A DNA stretch of 64,000 nt from a virus: positions 6,076-70,075 of IMG/VR virus record IMGVR_UViG_3300019477_000133; one strand, 5' to 3'. Under the pieces are notes generated by a model. It was not told the origin of the DNA and did not search any database. It worked only from the letters and a program-made list of their open reading frames with translations. Below, piece by piece: positions 35,916 to 45,967 of the stretch. The first letter of the stretch is position 1, and every line of letters starts with the position of its first letter. A program made the position numbers and the translations under genes.

Positions 35916-36225
35916 CATTTTATTGAACGAGAAATACATATTCATCTACATTTTTTCAAACAACTTTGACTTTAATCAAGAATAATAGCATTTTTATAAA
36001 ATAGGCATATCAAAAACGATATATATTAAATTCAACAAATATATATTATTGCGAATGAGTTGATTAACAGCTTAATTTGGAAATAATTAGAAAAAATAGT
36101 GAAGTGAGAATTATGTTGAATTTATTAAAAAAAACATTCAAGTGGTATTGTAACAGAATGGAAATGACTTATGGTAAAGTTATCCAAGCAGGATTTACCC
36201 CTTGTATGTAACGAAACAAAAAGTA

Positions 36226-36253
36226 AAGAGTGGTTGTTAGCCACTCTTTTTTA
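36226..36253. terminator. intrinsic terminator at the 3' end of the minus-strand LRR gene
   Basis: agagtgg...ccactct hairpin with flanking T and A runs. Confidence 0.5.
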
Positions 36254-36258
36254 TTATA

Positions 36259-37227
36259 TTAATCTTCAATTGGTTTGATTAAATCTTTGTATTGTTCCCA
36301 ACCATTAGTTGCATTTTTGTATGCATCTACAGAATCTCTTGGAACAAGTACTTCTTTAAATTGCCAGCCACGTTCTATCGTAGGTGGCTCTTTAGCTAAA
36401 ATAGTTAATGATAGGTTGCTTCTATTAGTAGAACGACTAATATATTTAATTGTTGCTGGTAATGTTAATGTTTCCAATGATGTACACATTGAAAATACAT
36501 CATTTTCAATCCTTTCTAAATTGGTCGGTATAATTACTTCGGATAAACTCGGACAATCTGAGAAGAGAAGTCTATTCAACGTTACAAGATTACTAGGAAG
36601 TATGACACGTCTTAATAAGTGGGAATGATAAAACACAGCATAACCTAAATCAGCATTTGAACCAGTTTCAAAAACTACTTCGGTCAATTTAGGACAATAT
36701 CCAAATGCTGTAGCTATTATTCTTTCTAATGTATTTGGAATAAAAACTGTTTGTATATTAGTTTTTTCAAAAGCTTGATTGTATATCGTTTTTACTGTTC
36801 TTGGTATTGTAAGCGACGATATTGATGTATTATACAACATTTTGTTACCGATTACATCTCCTGTAAAATGAGTCATATCAGCTTCAGTAATTAATTTACT
36901 ATTATTTCCTTGAAATACTGTTGTAAAAGTATAACGAAATTCACCATCACAATCTAAAATGTTCCACCCTTTTTGTAATAATACGTCTTCTTCTGAAACT
37001 TTTAAGATTTCATCAGATAACAATGGATTAATCTTAACACCATCACCATCAACATAAAGTCTTATATAGTTATTGAGAGATGGTTTATTATAACTTACCC
37101 CCCCCCCATTTAGTACATAACTGACATGTGGTTCAATGTAATCTGAAGAGTTTAAGAATACATCACTTACTGATTTTTCTGCAAATAATTTTAAATGTTT
37201 CATATATACAATTTTAGTTATTATCAT
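36259..37227 (-). CDS. BspA-type leucine-rich-repeat surface protein
   Basis: repeats IPNTLERIIATAFGYCPKLTEVVF / LPSNLVTLNRLLFSDCPSLSEVIIPTNLERIENDVFSMCTSLETLTLP; contains a G10 tract on the coding strand. Confidence 0.6.
   Translation of the reverse strand: MIITKIVYMKHLKLFAEKSVSDVFLNSSDYIEPHVSYVLNGGGVSYNKPSLNNYIRLYVDGDGVKINPLLSDEILKVSEEDVLLQKGWNILDCDGEFRYTFTTVFQGNNSKLITEADMTHFTGDVIGNKMLYNTSISSLTIPRTVKTIYNQAFEKTNIQTVFIPNTLERIIATAFGYCPKLTEVVFETGSNADLGYAVFYHSHLLRRVILPSNLVTLNRLLFSDCPSLSEVIIPTNLERIENDVFSMCTSLETLTLPATIKYISRSTNRSNLSLTILAKEPPTIERGWQFKEVLVPRDSVDAYKNATNGWEQYKDLIKPIED
37098..37107 (-). repeat. homopolymeric tract: C10 on the + strand, G10 on the coding strand, encoding GGG inside the LRR gene
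   Basis: read directly: ttaCCCCCCCCCCattt. Confidence 0.8.
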
Positions 37228-37441
37228 TAATAAATATCTATCTGAATATATAATTTAATATTTGTTAACTATTAATATTTGGATAAATAAAAACATTTAG
37301 TTAACTTTGCAATTGTTATTTGAAAAGATGATGAAATAAAAAAAATTAGTAAATTAGACATAAATATGATGCATGATAGTAAATTTTTTAAAAGTAAAAT
37401 ATATTTTAAATGTTTGTTTTTCAACAAGCTATAGATAGTAT

Positions 37442-37741
37442 ATTGTTAGAAGTATTGTACCGAAAGGTAATCACAACTTGTGGGACATGGAGGAAAAACG
37501 ACCACTTATTGTTAGAAGTATTGTACCGAAAGGTAATCACAACTATGTCGCAGAACTATCAATTGAAACTGGAATTGTTAGAAGTATTGTACCGAAAGGT
37601 AATCACAACGGACAACAAGCAGATAACACACGTTATAAGATTGTTAGAAACTCTTTACCGCAAGGTAATCACAACGTAGGGCAAAAGACAATTAACGCCT
37701 TGAATGTTGTTAGAAATAATATACCGCAAGGTAATATAAAG
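37442..37741 (+). CRISPR. CRISPR mini-array 1: five 36-nt repeats (ATTGTTAGAAGTATTGTACCGAAAGGTAATCACAAC; the last two degenerate) and four 30-nt spacers; the repeat 3' end GGTAATCACAAC is Cas13b (VI-B)-like
   Basis: exact 66-nt periodicity, spacers all 30 nt and unrelated to each other; repeat hairpin TACC-GAAA-GGTA with a GNRA loop; repeats degrade toward the 3' end. Confidence 0.85.
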
Positions 37742-38112
37742 TCAAACCGTTACAATTTGTAACACCTTTTAAAAAAATACATATTAAACATATGACAAAT
37801 CAAGAAGAATATAATATAATAATGTCTGTAAAAAATAAAATAAAAAAACAGATATTAAGAAATTCATATCAGTTACAAAAGTTAGACATGAAGGATTACC
37901 CGATATATTATTTTCTTTCTTAACAACGAAAGAAAATGTATTAGATTACACTATTAGCTATAAACTATCCAGATATTCAAATACAGAAAGTGTTGTTATA
38001 TCATGTGGAGTTTTATCTGGCAATATTAGTAAGTTAGTTAACTTTTTTACAACAGTATGTAAAATATTAGATGATTCCCAATATTATAATATTGAAATAA
38101 TAGATTTAAAGG

Positions 38113-38727
38113 ATGAATAATTTTTCAATTAAAGACAATAAAGGACAAGAACATTGGATTAGTCGTTCTGTTAGTGTGGTCATGTTTGTGTTTTGCAAGA
38201 ACTTGCGTGGAGAATGGTGTGTCTTGGCTTCACAGCGTGGCGAAGGCACTCCAGACCCAGAGTATATAAATGCATGGAATTGTCAGTGTGGTTATCTTGA
38301 TTATAACGAAACAACCAAAGAAGCAGCACAACGTGAGACATTGGAAGAAACAGGAATAAAAGTACCATCACATTTAATTAAGTTTTGGTCCTTTAATGAT
38401 AACCCTAACGATGATAAACGTCAAAATATTACATTTAGATATTATGCGGTGTATCAGCATGCAATTATTGATGACTTTAAGTTTTCAAAACAGAATATGG
38501 AGAAGAACGAAGTCGGTGCGATTACTTGGGTTAACCTAAAAAATATAGATAAAATGCGTTGGGCGTTTAATCATGACAAACTGATTAAAGGTGCTGCAGT
38601 GAAAGCAGGTATTATACCTTTTAAAATGAAATTACGTTTATGGTGGGAAAATTTTAAATTAGGATTTCGCACAAGATTAATTGAGTTACGTCAAGAATTT
38701 CATCAAAAAGACAACTTTATATATTAA
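38113..38727 (+). CDS. Nudix hydrolase
   Basis: Nudix box GYLDYNETTKEAAQRETLEETGI (GX5EX7REUXEEXGU). Confidence 0.65.
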   Translation: MNNFSIKDNKGQEHWISRSVSVVMFVFCKNLRGEWCVLASQRGEGTPDPEYINAWNCQCGYLDYNETTKEAAQRETLEETGIKVPSHLIKFWSFNDNPNDDKRQNITFRYYAVYQHAIIDDFKFSKQNMEKNEVGAITWVNLKNIDKMRWAFNHDKLIKGAAVKAGIIPFKMKLRLWWENFKLGFRTRLIELRQEFHQKDNFIY

Positions 38728-39168
38728 ATTTGCAAAATAATTTGTATAATTGAAATAAATATAGTATATTTGCAAAGTGATTTTTAAATCACATAATAAT
38801 AATAACGGTTGAGGAGATTACTCTTAGACCATTTTTTAATTAAATATTTAAAATAAAATGAAGGCTTTAATTATTATGTTCACAGCTTGCGTAGCACTTA
38901 CTTTTGCTGCGTGTGGTAACAATGTAAAGACTAATACAACTCAGAAGGATTCTGATACGACTGTAGTTGATAGCGTTGATACTGTTACTGTAGATTCAGT
39001 TGTTGCAGATTCTATCGTGAAGTAAGTTTTTTTGCAACTTATGTTCAATATAGCTTTGAACAACATTTTAGCCTTGGTTATTCCAAGGCTTTTTTGTTTT
39101 TATTAACATTTTATTTTTGGTAGTAAAATATTTTGCTTGTATCTTTGCAACATAAAATATAAATTAAC

Positions 39169-39459
39169 ATGAATAGATTCGATTTAAATTTATCAAAACA
39201 TGCCATTCAAGAGATACTTGATGCAAATGGATATGAGATTAAGACATTATTGGTATATTATAGTCCTTTCAGTGATGCATATGATTGGGACAATAGAACA
39301 TCTTTTAGTGTACAACGAGAATATGCTTTCAAGAAGAATAATATGCCAGAAGAAGCAGAGCGTGAAAAGCCAATTTTAGAAGATTTAAAAGAATATGAAT
39401 TGGATAACGTTTTGAATAAAATAATAACTGAATCAATAGTAAGAATATGTTTAAGTTAA
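39169..39459 (+). CDS. hypothetical protein
   Basis: 96-aa ORF after the promoter gtatctttgcaacat. Confidence 0.35.
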   Translation: MNRFDLNLSKHAIQEILDANGYEIKTLLVYYSPFSDAYDWDNRTSFSVQREYAFKKNNMPEEAEREKPILEDLKEYELDNVLNKIITESIVRICLS

Positions 39460-39977
39460 TTGTTTGTACAAATTTGGTTGGTGCCATTGGAAAAGATAAT
39501 AAATTACTTTACCATATTAAAAATGATATGGATAATTTCAAGCGTTTTACCGATGGTAATACTGTGATTATGGGTATGAATACCTATTTGTCTTTACCTA
39601 ACCAGAAACCACTTAAGAATAGAACTAATATTGTTCTTACATCAAATCCTAAATTATGTACTGAGAAATTTGGTAATACAAGTGTCCACTTTGTAAACTC
39701 AATTAATGGTGCTCTCACGTTAATGCGTCATCTTAACATAAAGGATGAAGATGTATTTGTAATTGGAGGTTCTTCTATATATAATGCATTCTTGGATGAG
39801 AATCTTATCAGTGAAGCATATGTTACTGTTGTTGAAGATAAGACAGAAGGAGATGCTTATTTCCCTTTAAAAGAATTTTCTAAAAATAAGTGGAAGAAAA
39901 TTTATGAATCTTCACCTCAAGCAGACCAAGATTTAGTTTTTAAATTTTTAATTTATAAAAACATCGGTAATGAATAA
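39447..39977 (+). CDS. folA: dihydrofolate reductase
   Basis: LIVCTNLVGAIGKDNKLLYHIKNDMDNFKRFTDGNTVIMGMNTY...NRTNIVLTS matches the DHFR N-terminal signature. Confidence 0.75.
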   Translation: MFKLIVCTNLVGAIGKDNKLLYHIKNDMDNFKRFTDGNTVIMGMNTYLSLPNQKPLKNRTNIVLTSNPKLCTEKFGNTSVHFVNSINGALTLMRHLNIKDEDVFVIGGSSIYNAFLDENLISEAYVTVVEDKTEGDAYFPLKEFSKNKWKKIYESSPQADQDLVFKFLIYKNIGNE

Positions 39978-40242
39978 AGAAGAATTGAAATTTAACTGTA
40001 AATCTTTATCCAATTTATTCATATCTCAATATTTGGATAAAATCAATAAAAGTGATAGATTTTTATTAGACTATCATACTGTTGATGATAAAGTGAATTA
40101 TAAAGAAACAACTACAGAAAAATTGTCAGATGATTTGTTTGATGCACTTTTAGAATGTAAAAACAAGTATAAATCCATTGATATAGTAGTTGAGAATAAT
40201 GGTTTAAAAACTGTTTTAAACAGTATAGATATCAGACAATGA
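39970..40242 (+). CDS. hypothetical protein
   Basis: 90-aa ORF. Confidence 0.3.
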   Translation: MNKEELKFNCKSLSNLFISQYLDKINKSDRFLLDYHTVDDKVNYKETTTEKLSDDLFDALLECKNKYKSIDIVVENNGLKTVLNSIDIRQ

Positions 40243-40413
40243 GACTTTTTGTAATATCTTGCGTAGTTGCAACAACTATCATATATATACATTTCAGAAT
40301 AACACAATATGTTAGCGCAATTGTGTTTAAAAATGAAGAGAGTGGACTTAGTGTCATCTCCAATCTAATCTTAGTATTCTTGATGATAATTTCATGGATA
40401 CTATATCTCTATT

Positions 40414-41757
40414 ATGAATTTTAGAATGAATTATTCAAAGAAAATATTAAATCCATTAATCACCAAACTCAATATAAACACAGACGAGGATAACACATTC
40501 AAAGAACTTATTTCTTTGACCTATGACAGTCCAAATTATCAGTTATGGGCAGTTAATGCAGTGTATTCAAAATATTGCACTGTAGAGGAAATAAAGAGTG
40601 TTTTAGCATGGGCAAAGTCACATAAACAGTTGATATGTCAATTAAGTAAGCGGACAATTACTGCTTATACATCTCGTTATGCAATTACAATTTTAAAGAA
40701 AGAAATAAAGAACATTCAGTTAATTGACGATGTTAAATCTTTCATTAATAAATTTAATACAATACAGAGAAATTTATTGAAAGAATATCTCAATTTAGAT
40801 AGCTATTCAATATTAAATATTAGTAAAGAAAGAGAGTTAAAAAAGTGGAATAAGATATTTACAAAACTTCAGAAGTTACCAGAAGAACAATTAAATAACT
40901 TTATTTCTACATGTTCTTCACTCCATAATATTACGGAACTATTAGATGCATTCACTTGGTGTATGGATTTAAGTTATAAATGGAATAAAAAAGATTTCAT
41001 AAGTTTTGTTACTAAATCCACTCCTAATTCTCCTATTGTGTACAACAAGGATAATGTAGTTATAGTACATGTAACATCACATAAAGATTGTAACAAATTA
41101 GTAGGAAGTGAAGGACGTACCAAATGGTGTTTCAATTGTAATAAAACGTGCTGGGAATCGTATGTGAATGATACCAATAGTAAGCAGTATTTCTTATTTG
41201 ATTTCTCAAATAAAGAAAGTGAAGAAACATCACATATAGCGTTTACCATTAACAAAGAACTCGGTCTTACAGAGGCATATACAACACATAATTTAAATAT
41301 TATAGAACATGGTAACGATTATGTTAATGAAGTTTTCAATAAAAAAGGAATTAATATAAGTGACTTTATAACTTTAAAACGACCTATTGGATATAAATGG
41401 GAAGAAGAAAGTATAAAAGAAATATTAGAAGATAATGAAAAGGTTAAAGTAATTAATTGTGATAATAATAGATTGCTTATCAGTTCAGAAAATTATGAAG
41501 TATCGCAAAGATTAATACAACATACAATTCTTTATAAACGTTTAATAAAAGAGATACTACATAGAAAGTTATATTTCCTTTATGATTTAAATCTCAAAGA
41601 AGATGACCCTAATTCATTAATATGTATTAAAACGACATTATCGTCTAATGGCAAAGAAGAATTTTTAATGGCGCTTAATCAATGTTATCTAAAAATAGAC
41701 GAAGAATATTTTAAAGAAATACATGTTGAAATTCAAAATATTAGCATCGCTGAATAA
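40414..41757 (+). CDS. hypothetical protein
   Basis: 447-aa ORF. Confidence 0.5.
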   Translation: MNFRMNYSKKILNPLITKLNINTDEDNTFKELISLTYDSPNYQLWAVNAVYSKYCTVEEIKSVLAWAKSHKQLICQLSKRTITAYTSRYAITILKKEIKNIQLIDDVKSFINKFNTIQRNLLKEYLNLDSYSILNISKERELKKWNKIFTKLQKLPEEQLNNFISTCSSLHNITELLDAFTWCMDLSYKWNKKDFISFVTKSTPNSPIVYNKDNVVIVHVTSHKDCNKLVGSEGRTKWCFNCNKTCWESYVNDTNSKQYFLFDFSNKESEETSHIAFTINKELGLTEAYTTHNLNIIEHGNDYVNEVFNKKGINISDFITLKRPIGYKWEEESIKEILEDNEKVKVINCDNNRLLISSENYEVSQRLIQHTILYKRLIKEILHRKLYFLYDLNLKEDDPNSLICIKTTLSSNGKEEFLMALNQCYLKIDEEYFKEIHVEIQNISIAE

Positions 41758-42059
41758 CTATAATTCAGTGGTGCTATTTTTTTATTAAAAAAAGTTACTA
41801 AAAATTTGTTAAATCAAATAAATTTATGTATCTTTGCATAGATAAAAAAACTTTTATGAATAATGATAAAAAGAAATGGTTAGACGAAATATGCAGTTTA
41901 ACATATAGAGATATATTTAATTTCCTTAAAGATTATTTGGAAGAAAATACATCTATAGAAGAAGATAAATGTATTGCTAATTCATTTGAATATATAATGA
42001 AAATATATAAGGAAAGTACAGGTAATTTCCCATATTAATTAATAAAAATAAAAAGAGAA

Positions 42060-42824
42060 ATGAGTGCAAACGGAAGTAAATTCTTTACCGCTATGGTCAT
42101 TGGAGAGGAACCTGATAAGTTGATGAAGAAATATGATAAATCCTTAAAAGTTGAACCATACGTTAAATACAAGTATCTTGATGCAAAAAAGATGCAGAGT
42201 GCAACTATTAAATCTATCGAAGCAATTTTGTCAGACCCAAAGAAATTTGGACTCAGCCAGTTTAGTATTGATATGCTGACTGAAAGAAAGAAGATTATAA
42301 ATAATATGACATCTTTCGAGTATTACCAAAGTGTTACAGATGGCATGTTTTATGACGGAGAAGGTAATGCGTTATGTGAAGATAATCCAAACGGAAAATG
42401 GGATAATTGCTCATTAGGTAAGAATTTTGCTGTACCAATTATTACAAAAGACGGCAAAGAGGTCTATCAAGCAAGAAACAAGGATATTGACTGGGACTCA
42501 GTAATGACACGTGATGAGTCGTTATATAATGCTACATGGGAAATGATAGTAGAAGGGCGTGACCCAGAAACTCCAGAGGAAACTTCTATATATCATGCAA
42601 TGAATGATAAACAGGAATATTTTTCCAACTTTAAGAATAAAGAAGATTACGTAACTTATTCTTGTTCTTATTGGAATTATGCTTATTTAGATGAGAATGG
42701 ATGGAAAGATATTGATGATACAGGAAAAGAACAAGAATGGATTAAAAAGTTTTATAATAACTTTATAAAACAACTTAAACCAGACGCTCTTATCAGTATA
42801 TACGAATATAGTAGAAGAAATTAA
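42060..42824 (+). CDS. hypothetical protein
   Basis: 254-aa ORF. Confidence 0.5.
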   Translation: MSANGSKFFTAMVIGEEPDKLMKKYDKSLKVEPYVKYKYLDAKKMQSATIKSIEAILSDPKKFGLSQFSIDMLTERKKIINNMTSFEYYQSVTDGMFYDGEGNALCEDNPNGKWDNCSLGKNFAVPIITKDGKEVYQARNKDIDWDSVMTRDESLYNATWEMIVEGRDPETPEETSIYHAMNDKQEYFSNFKNKEDYVTYSCSYWNYAYLDENGWKDIDDTGKEQEWIKKFYNNFIKQLKPDALISIYEYSRRN

Positions 42825-42900
42825 CATATATTAATATGAAATCCTTGATGAAATAAATTATTTTTATTACCTTTGCAACATAACTTTTAAATACATAAAA

Positions 42901-43881
42901 ATGGAAGATTTAGTTACAAAGCAACTTAGGAAACGTTTCCTCAAGGATTTTAATCTACCTATCCAAGTAATACAAGACCCTTACTTTACAGAGCGTCTTG
43001 AACTATGCGGTGCTACTCAAGATTATAATAATCTTCTTGAATACATCGACACCAATTATAGTGGTAGTTATAGAGCATTCTTAGATGCTTATGCACAAAT
43101 AAGAGATGAAATTGTTACTTCATGTTACAACTCAGAAGCGTTTAAACTGTTCAACAACAGTGACATTAAAGGTGAAAATCCATTGATTCCACAACGGAAC
43201 TTGTATACTGAAGAACAAGATGGAAATAGTTTTGTAAGCGTTGATTTAAAGAAAGCAAACTTTCAAGCACTTAAATATGTTAATTCCGAAATAGTCCTTA
43301 ATACTGATACATATGAAGGATTTATAGGAAAGTTCACGGATAGTGAATATATTAAGAAGTCAAAATATACAAGACAAGTTATCTTTGGAAAACTTAATCC
43401 GAAAAAGACAATTAGTATAGAGAAACGTATTATTAATAAAATTTATAAGACGCTTAATGATAAGTTCAATCTGACTGAATATTTAGAACCATATTCTATG
43501 TGTACAGATGAAATTATCTACAAAGTGAAAGATAACAATAATAACGTATTGACAGATTTGCTGTGTGATAAATCTTTAATGATGATGGAACAAATTATTA
43601 AAGACACACTCGGGTTTGAAGTACGCATTAATTATTTCGGTCTTAAGTTACATCAATTCAAGCTTGCTACATCGGAAGCAAAAGTCAATTCTTTCACTAA
43701 ATTGAATCATGTAACAAATGAGGTGTCTTATGCGTGTATTCCATCTACATACTATCCACAGATTTACAAATTAATTAATGGTTTAGATGTAACTAAGAAT
43801 GACCTTGTTTTTTATTATGAACATGAGTTGGCGACATTCTTAAACCCATTGGTAAAATTAAATAAAGATAATGAAATTTAA
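42901..43881 (+). CDS. hypothetical protein
   Basis: 326-aa ORF after the promoter acctttgcaacat. Confidence 0.5.
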   Translation: MEDLVTKQLRKRFLKDFNLPIQVIQDPYFTERLELCGATQDYNNLLEYIDTNYSGSYRAFLDAYAQIRDEIVTSCYNSEAFKLFNNSDIKGENPLIPQRNLYTEEQDGNSFVSVDLKKANFQALKYVNSEIVLNTDTYEGFIGKFTDSEYIKKSKYTRQVIFGKLNPKKTISIEKRIINKIYKTLNDKFNLTEYLEPYSMCTDEIIYKVKDNNNNVLTDLLCDKSLMMMEQIIKDTLGFEVRINYFGLKLHQFKLATSEAKVNSFTKLNHVTNEVSYACIPSTYYPQIYKLINGLDVTKNDLVFYYEHELATFLNPLVKLNKDNEI

Positions 43882-45172
43882 AATCAAAGATAAAAAGATA
43901 GAAAAAACCATCCATACAATACGTGCACTTATCAAAGGAACCAAATTTGAAGGTGTTACGTATGTTGTAGGTGGTTTTGTACGTGATACGTTAATGGGAG
44001 AAGTATCTAATGATTTAGACATTGTTGTTAATCTCCCGTCTGGTGGAATAGATTTAGCGAATACTTTAACAGAGTTGGATAATAGTCATAGTGACTCTAA
44101 TCCTATTGTATATCCTAAGTATGGTACCGCAAGCTTTCATTTAAAGAATAATGATGAATATTCTGATGTTGTTATTGAGTCTGTGGAAACACGGAAAGAA
44201 CAATATCATTCAGAATCACGTAATCCAGAAACATGTTTTGGAACTTTAGAAGAAGATGCATTTAGAAGAGACCTTACAATTAACGCATTGTATTACAATA
44301 TCTCAACAGATAAAGTAGAAGATGTTACTGGAAAAGGACTTGATGATTTGAAAAATCATGTTATCAGAACTACAAATGATAACCCTAACATAGTTTTCTT
44401 TGATGACCCATTGCGTATAATGAGAGTTATCAGATTTGCAAATAGATATGGCTGGAATATAGAAGAGAAGACGTGGAAATCATTGCAAGAATGTGCTTCA
44501 AGAATAAAGATTATTTCTAAAGAAAGAATACGTAATGAGTTGAATAAGATAATTGCCAATAAAGACTGTATAAATGGTTTGAATTATTTAAAAGATAGTG
44601 GTATTTTATCTTATATTCTTCCCGAACTATTTGAACAATGTTTTGTTCCATGTTCACAGGACTTTAATAGTATGTTTGATAAAATAGTTACAATATGTAG
44701 TCAAGCACCTATATGTTTATATACTCGTCTTTCAATTCTATTATCATTTTGCAAAACAGATAGCGCATGTGAAACTATTCTATCTCATCAAAAGCAACCG
44801 AATGTAATAATAAAGCATGTGCAGAATGCACTGTTAGGTAAAAACTTCAGAAGAGAAGACGAAGAATTAGAAGTATCTTTACGTAGATTATATAAGAAAT
44901 GTAACCAAAATATAGATAATGCATTATGGGTGTATCGAGTTTTTACAGATGAAGAAACTTATAACGAAACGGTAAATACGTGGCTAAAGATAAAAGATAG
45001 TGCTAAAATTTATCTTCCGATAGATGGAAATGAAATCTTCTCATATCGTGCAGATATTACAAATAATGACAGAAAATTATTAATTGATTATCTACACGAA
45101 GAACAATGCAAAAATCCTTTCTTAACAAAAGAAGAATGTGTTGAATTAATTAAACAATATCAGTTACATTAA
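43871..45172 (+). CDS. cca: tRNA nucleotidyltransferase (CCA-adding enzyme) / poly(A) polymerase family
   Basis: head-domain motif YVVGGFVRDTLMG...NDLDIVV (GGxVRD ... DxD); FRRDLTINALYY matches motif RRDxTINA. Confidence 0.7.
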   Translation: MKFKIKDKKIEKTIHTIRALIKGTKFEGVTYVVGGFVRDTLMGEVSNDLDIVVNLPSGGIDLANTLTELDNSHSDSNPIVYPKYGTASFHLKNNDEYSDVVIESVETRKEQYHSESRNPETCFGTLEEDAFRRDLTINALYYNISTDKVEDVTGKGLDDLKNHVIRTTNDNPNIVFFDDPLRIMRVIRFANRYGWNIEEKTWKSLQECASRIKIISKERIRNELNKIIANKDCINGLNYLKDSGILSYILPELFEQCFVPCSQDFNSMFDKIVTICSQAPICLYTRLSILLSFCKTDSACETILSHQKQPNVIIKHVQNALLGKNFRREDEELEVSLRRLYKKCNQNIDNALWVYRVFTDEETYNETVNTWLKIKDSAKIYLPIDGNEIFSYRADITNNDRKLLIDYLHEEQCKNPFLTKEECVELIKQYQLH

Positions 45173-45180
45173 AAAAATAA

Positions 45181-45747
45181 ATGAATATGAATAAATTACT
45201 ATTGATTGTTGACCCACAATACGATTTCATTAATGGAACGTTGCCTGTGGATAAAGCTGAACAGAAGATGAATGCTTTGTGTGAATACATTAAGAAACAC
45301 AATGACTACAAGACTATAGTTATTACAGCAGACTGGCACCCAGAGAGCCATTGCTCTTTTAAAGAAAATGGTGGAGAGTGGCCTAAACACTGTATCGCCT
45401 ATACACATGGTGCTGCCATTTATGAACCAATTATTCAAATTCTAAGAGATTTAAAAATAAATTATAAAGTTCTTACTAAAGGAACGGACTCTAAAGAAGA
45501 AGAATATTCTGTTTTTCTTAATGATGAGTCATATGATTGGTTGACTAAAACAGTAGCTAAAGAAAATATTGACCAGATTGATATCTGTGGTATTGCTGGA
45601 GATGTTTGTGTACATGATACATTAGTAAGTGGTATAAATGAGTTTGGAAACGAGAAATTTAATATACTTATGGATTACTGCCCATGTATAAATGATGATT
45701 TTTTACTTAAATCTCTTAATGTAAATAAAACTTATGGCAAGAATTGA
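45181..45747 (+). CDS. pncA: nicotinamidase / isochorismatase-family hydrolase
   Basis: LLLIVDPQYDFINGTLPV N-terminus plus a conserved Lys/Cys context (ITADWHP...H, GIAGDVCV). Confidence 0.6.
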   Translation: MNMNKLLLIVDPQYDFINGTLPVDKAEQKMNALCEYIKKHNDYKTIVITADWHPESHCSFKENGGEWPKHCIAYTHGAAIYEPIIQILRDLKINYKVLTKGTDSKEEEYSVFLNDESYDWLTKTVAKENIDQIDICGIAGDVCVHDTLVSGINEFGNEKFNILMDYCPCINDDFLLKSLNVNKTYGKN

Positions 45748-45955
45748 AATGGAATATGATGAGTATGAACGATTAGAAAAAAGTGTGAAAGTACTTCAAG
45801 ATAACGTTTATACATTACAGAACGAAATCAATGAGAAAAATAACTTAATTGACAGTTATAAAGAAACTCTTAAAGATATTAAAGAAAGTACACTTATTGA
45901 TAGAGTTCTAAATTGGAAAGATTATTTGAATGATATTAATGAGTTAAACAATTAA
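45734..45955 (+). CDS. hypothetical small coiled-coil protein
   Basis: 73-aa ORF. Confidence 0.3.
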   Translation: MARIEMEYDEYERLEKSVKVLQDNVYTLQNEINEKNNLIDSYKETLKDIKESTLIDRVLNWKDYLNDINELNN

Positions 45956-45967
45956 AATTAAACAAAA

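Noticed and set aside
37410-37762. ORFs 37410-37679 and 37478-37762 from the six-frame track
   Set aside because: They are read through CRISPR array 1. The periodic 'VRSIVPKGNHN' peptide repeats are translation artefacts of the 36-nt repeat.
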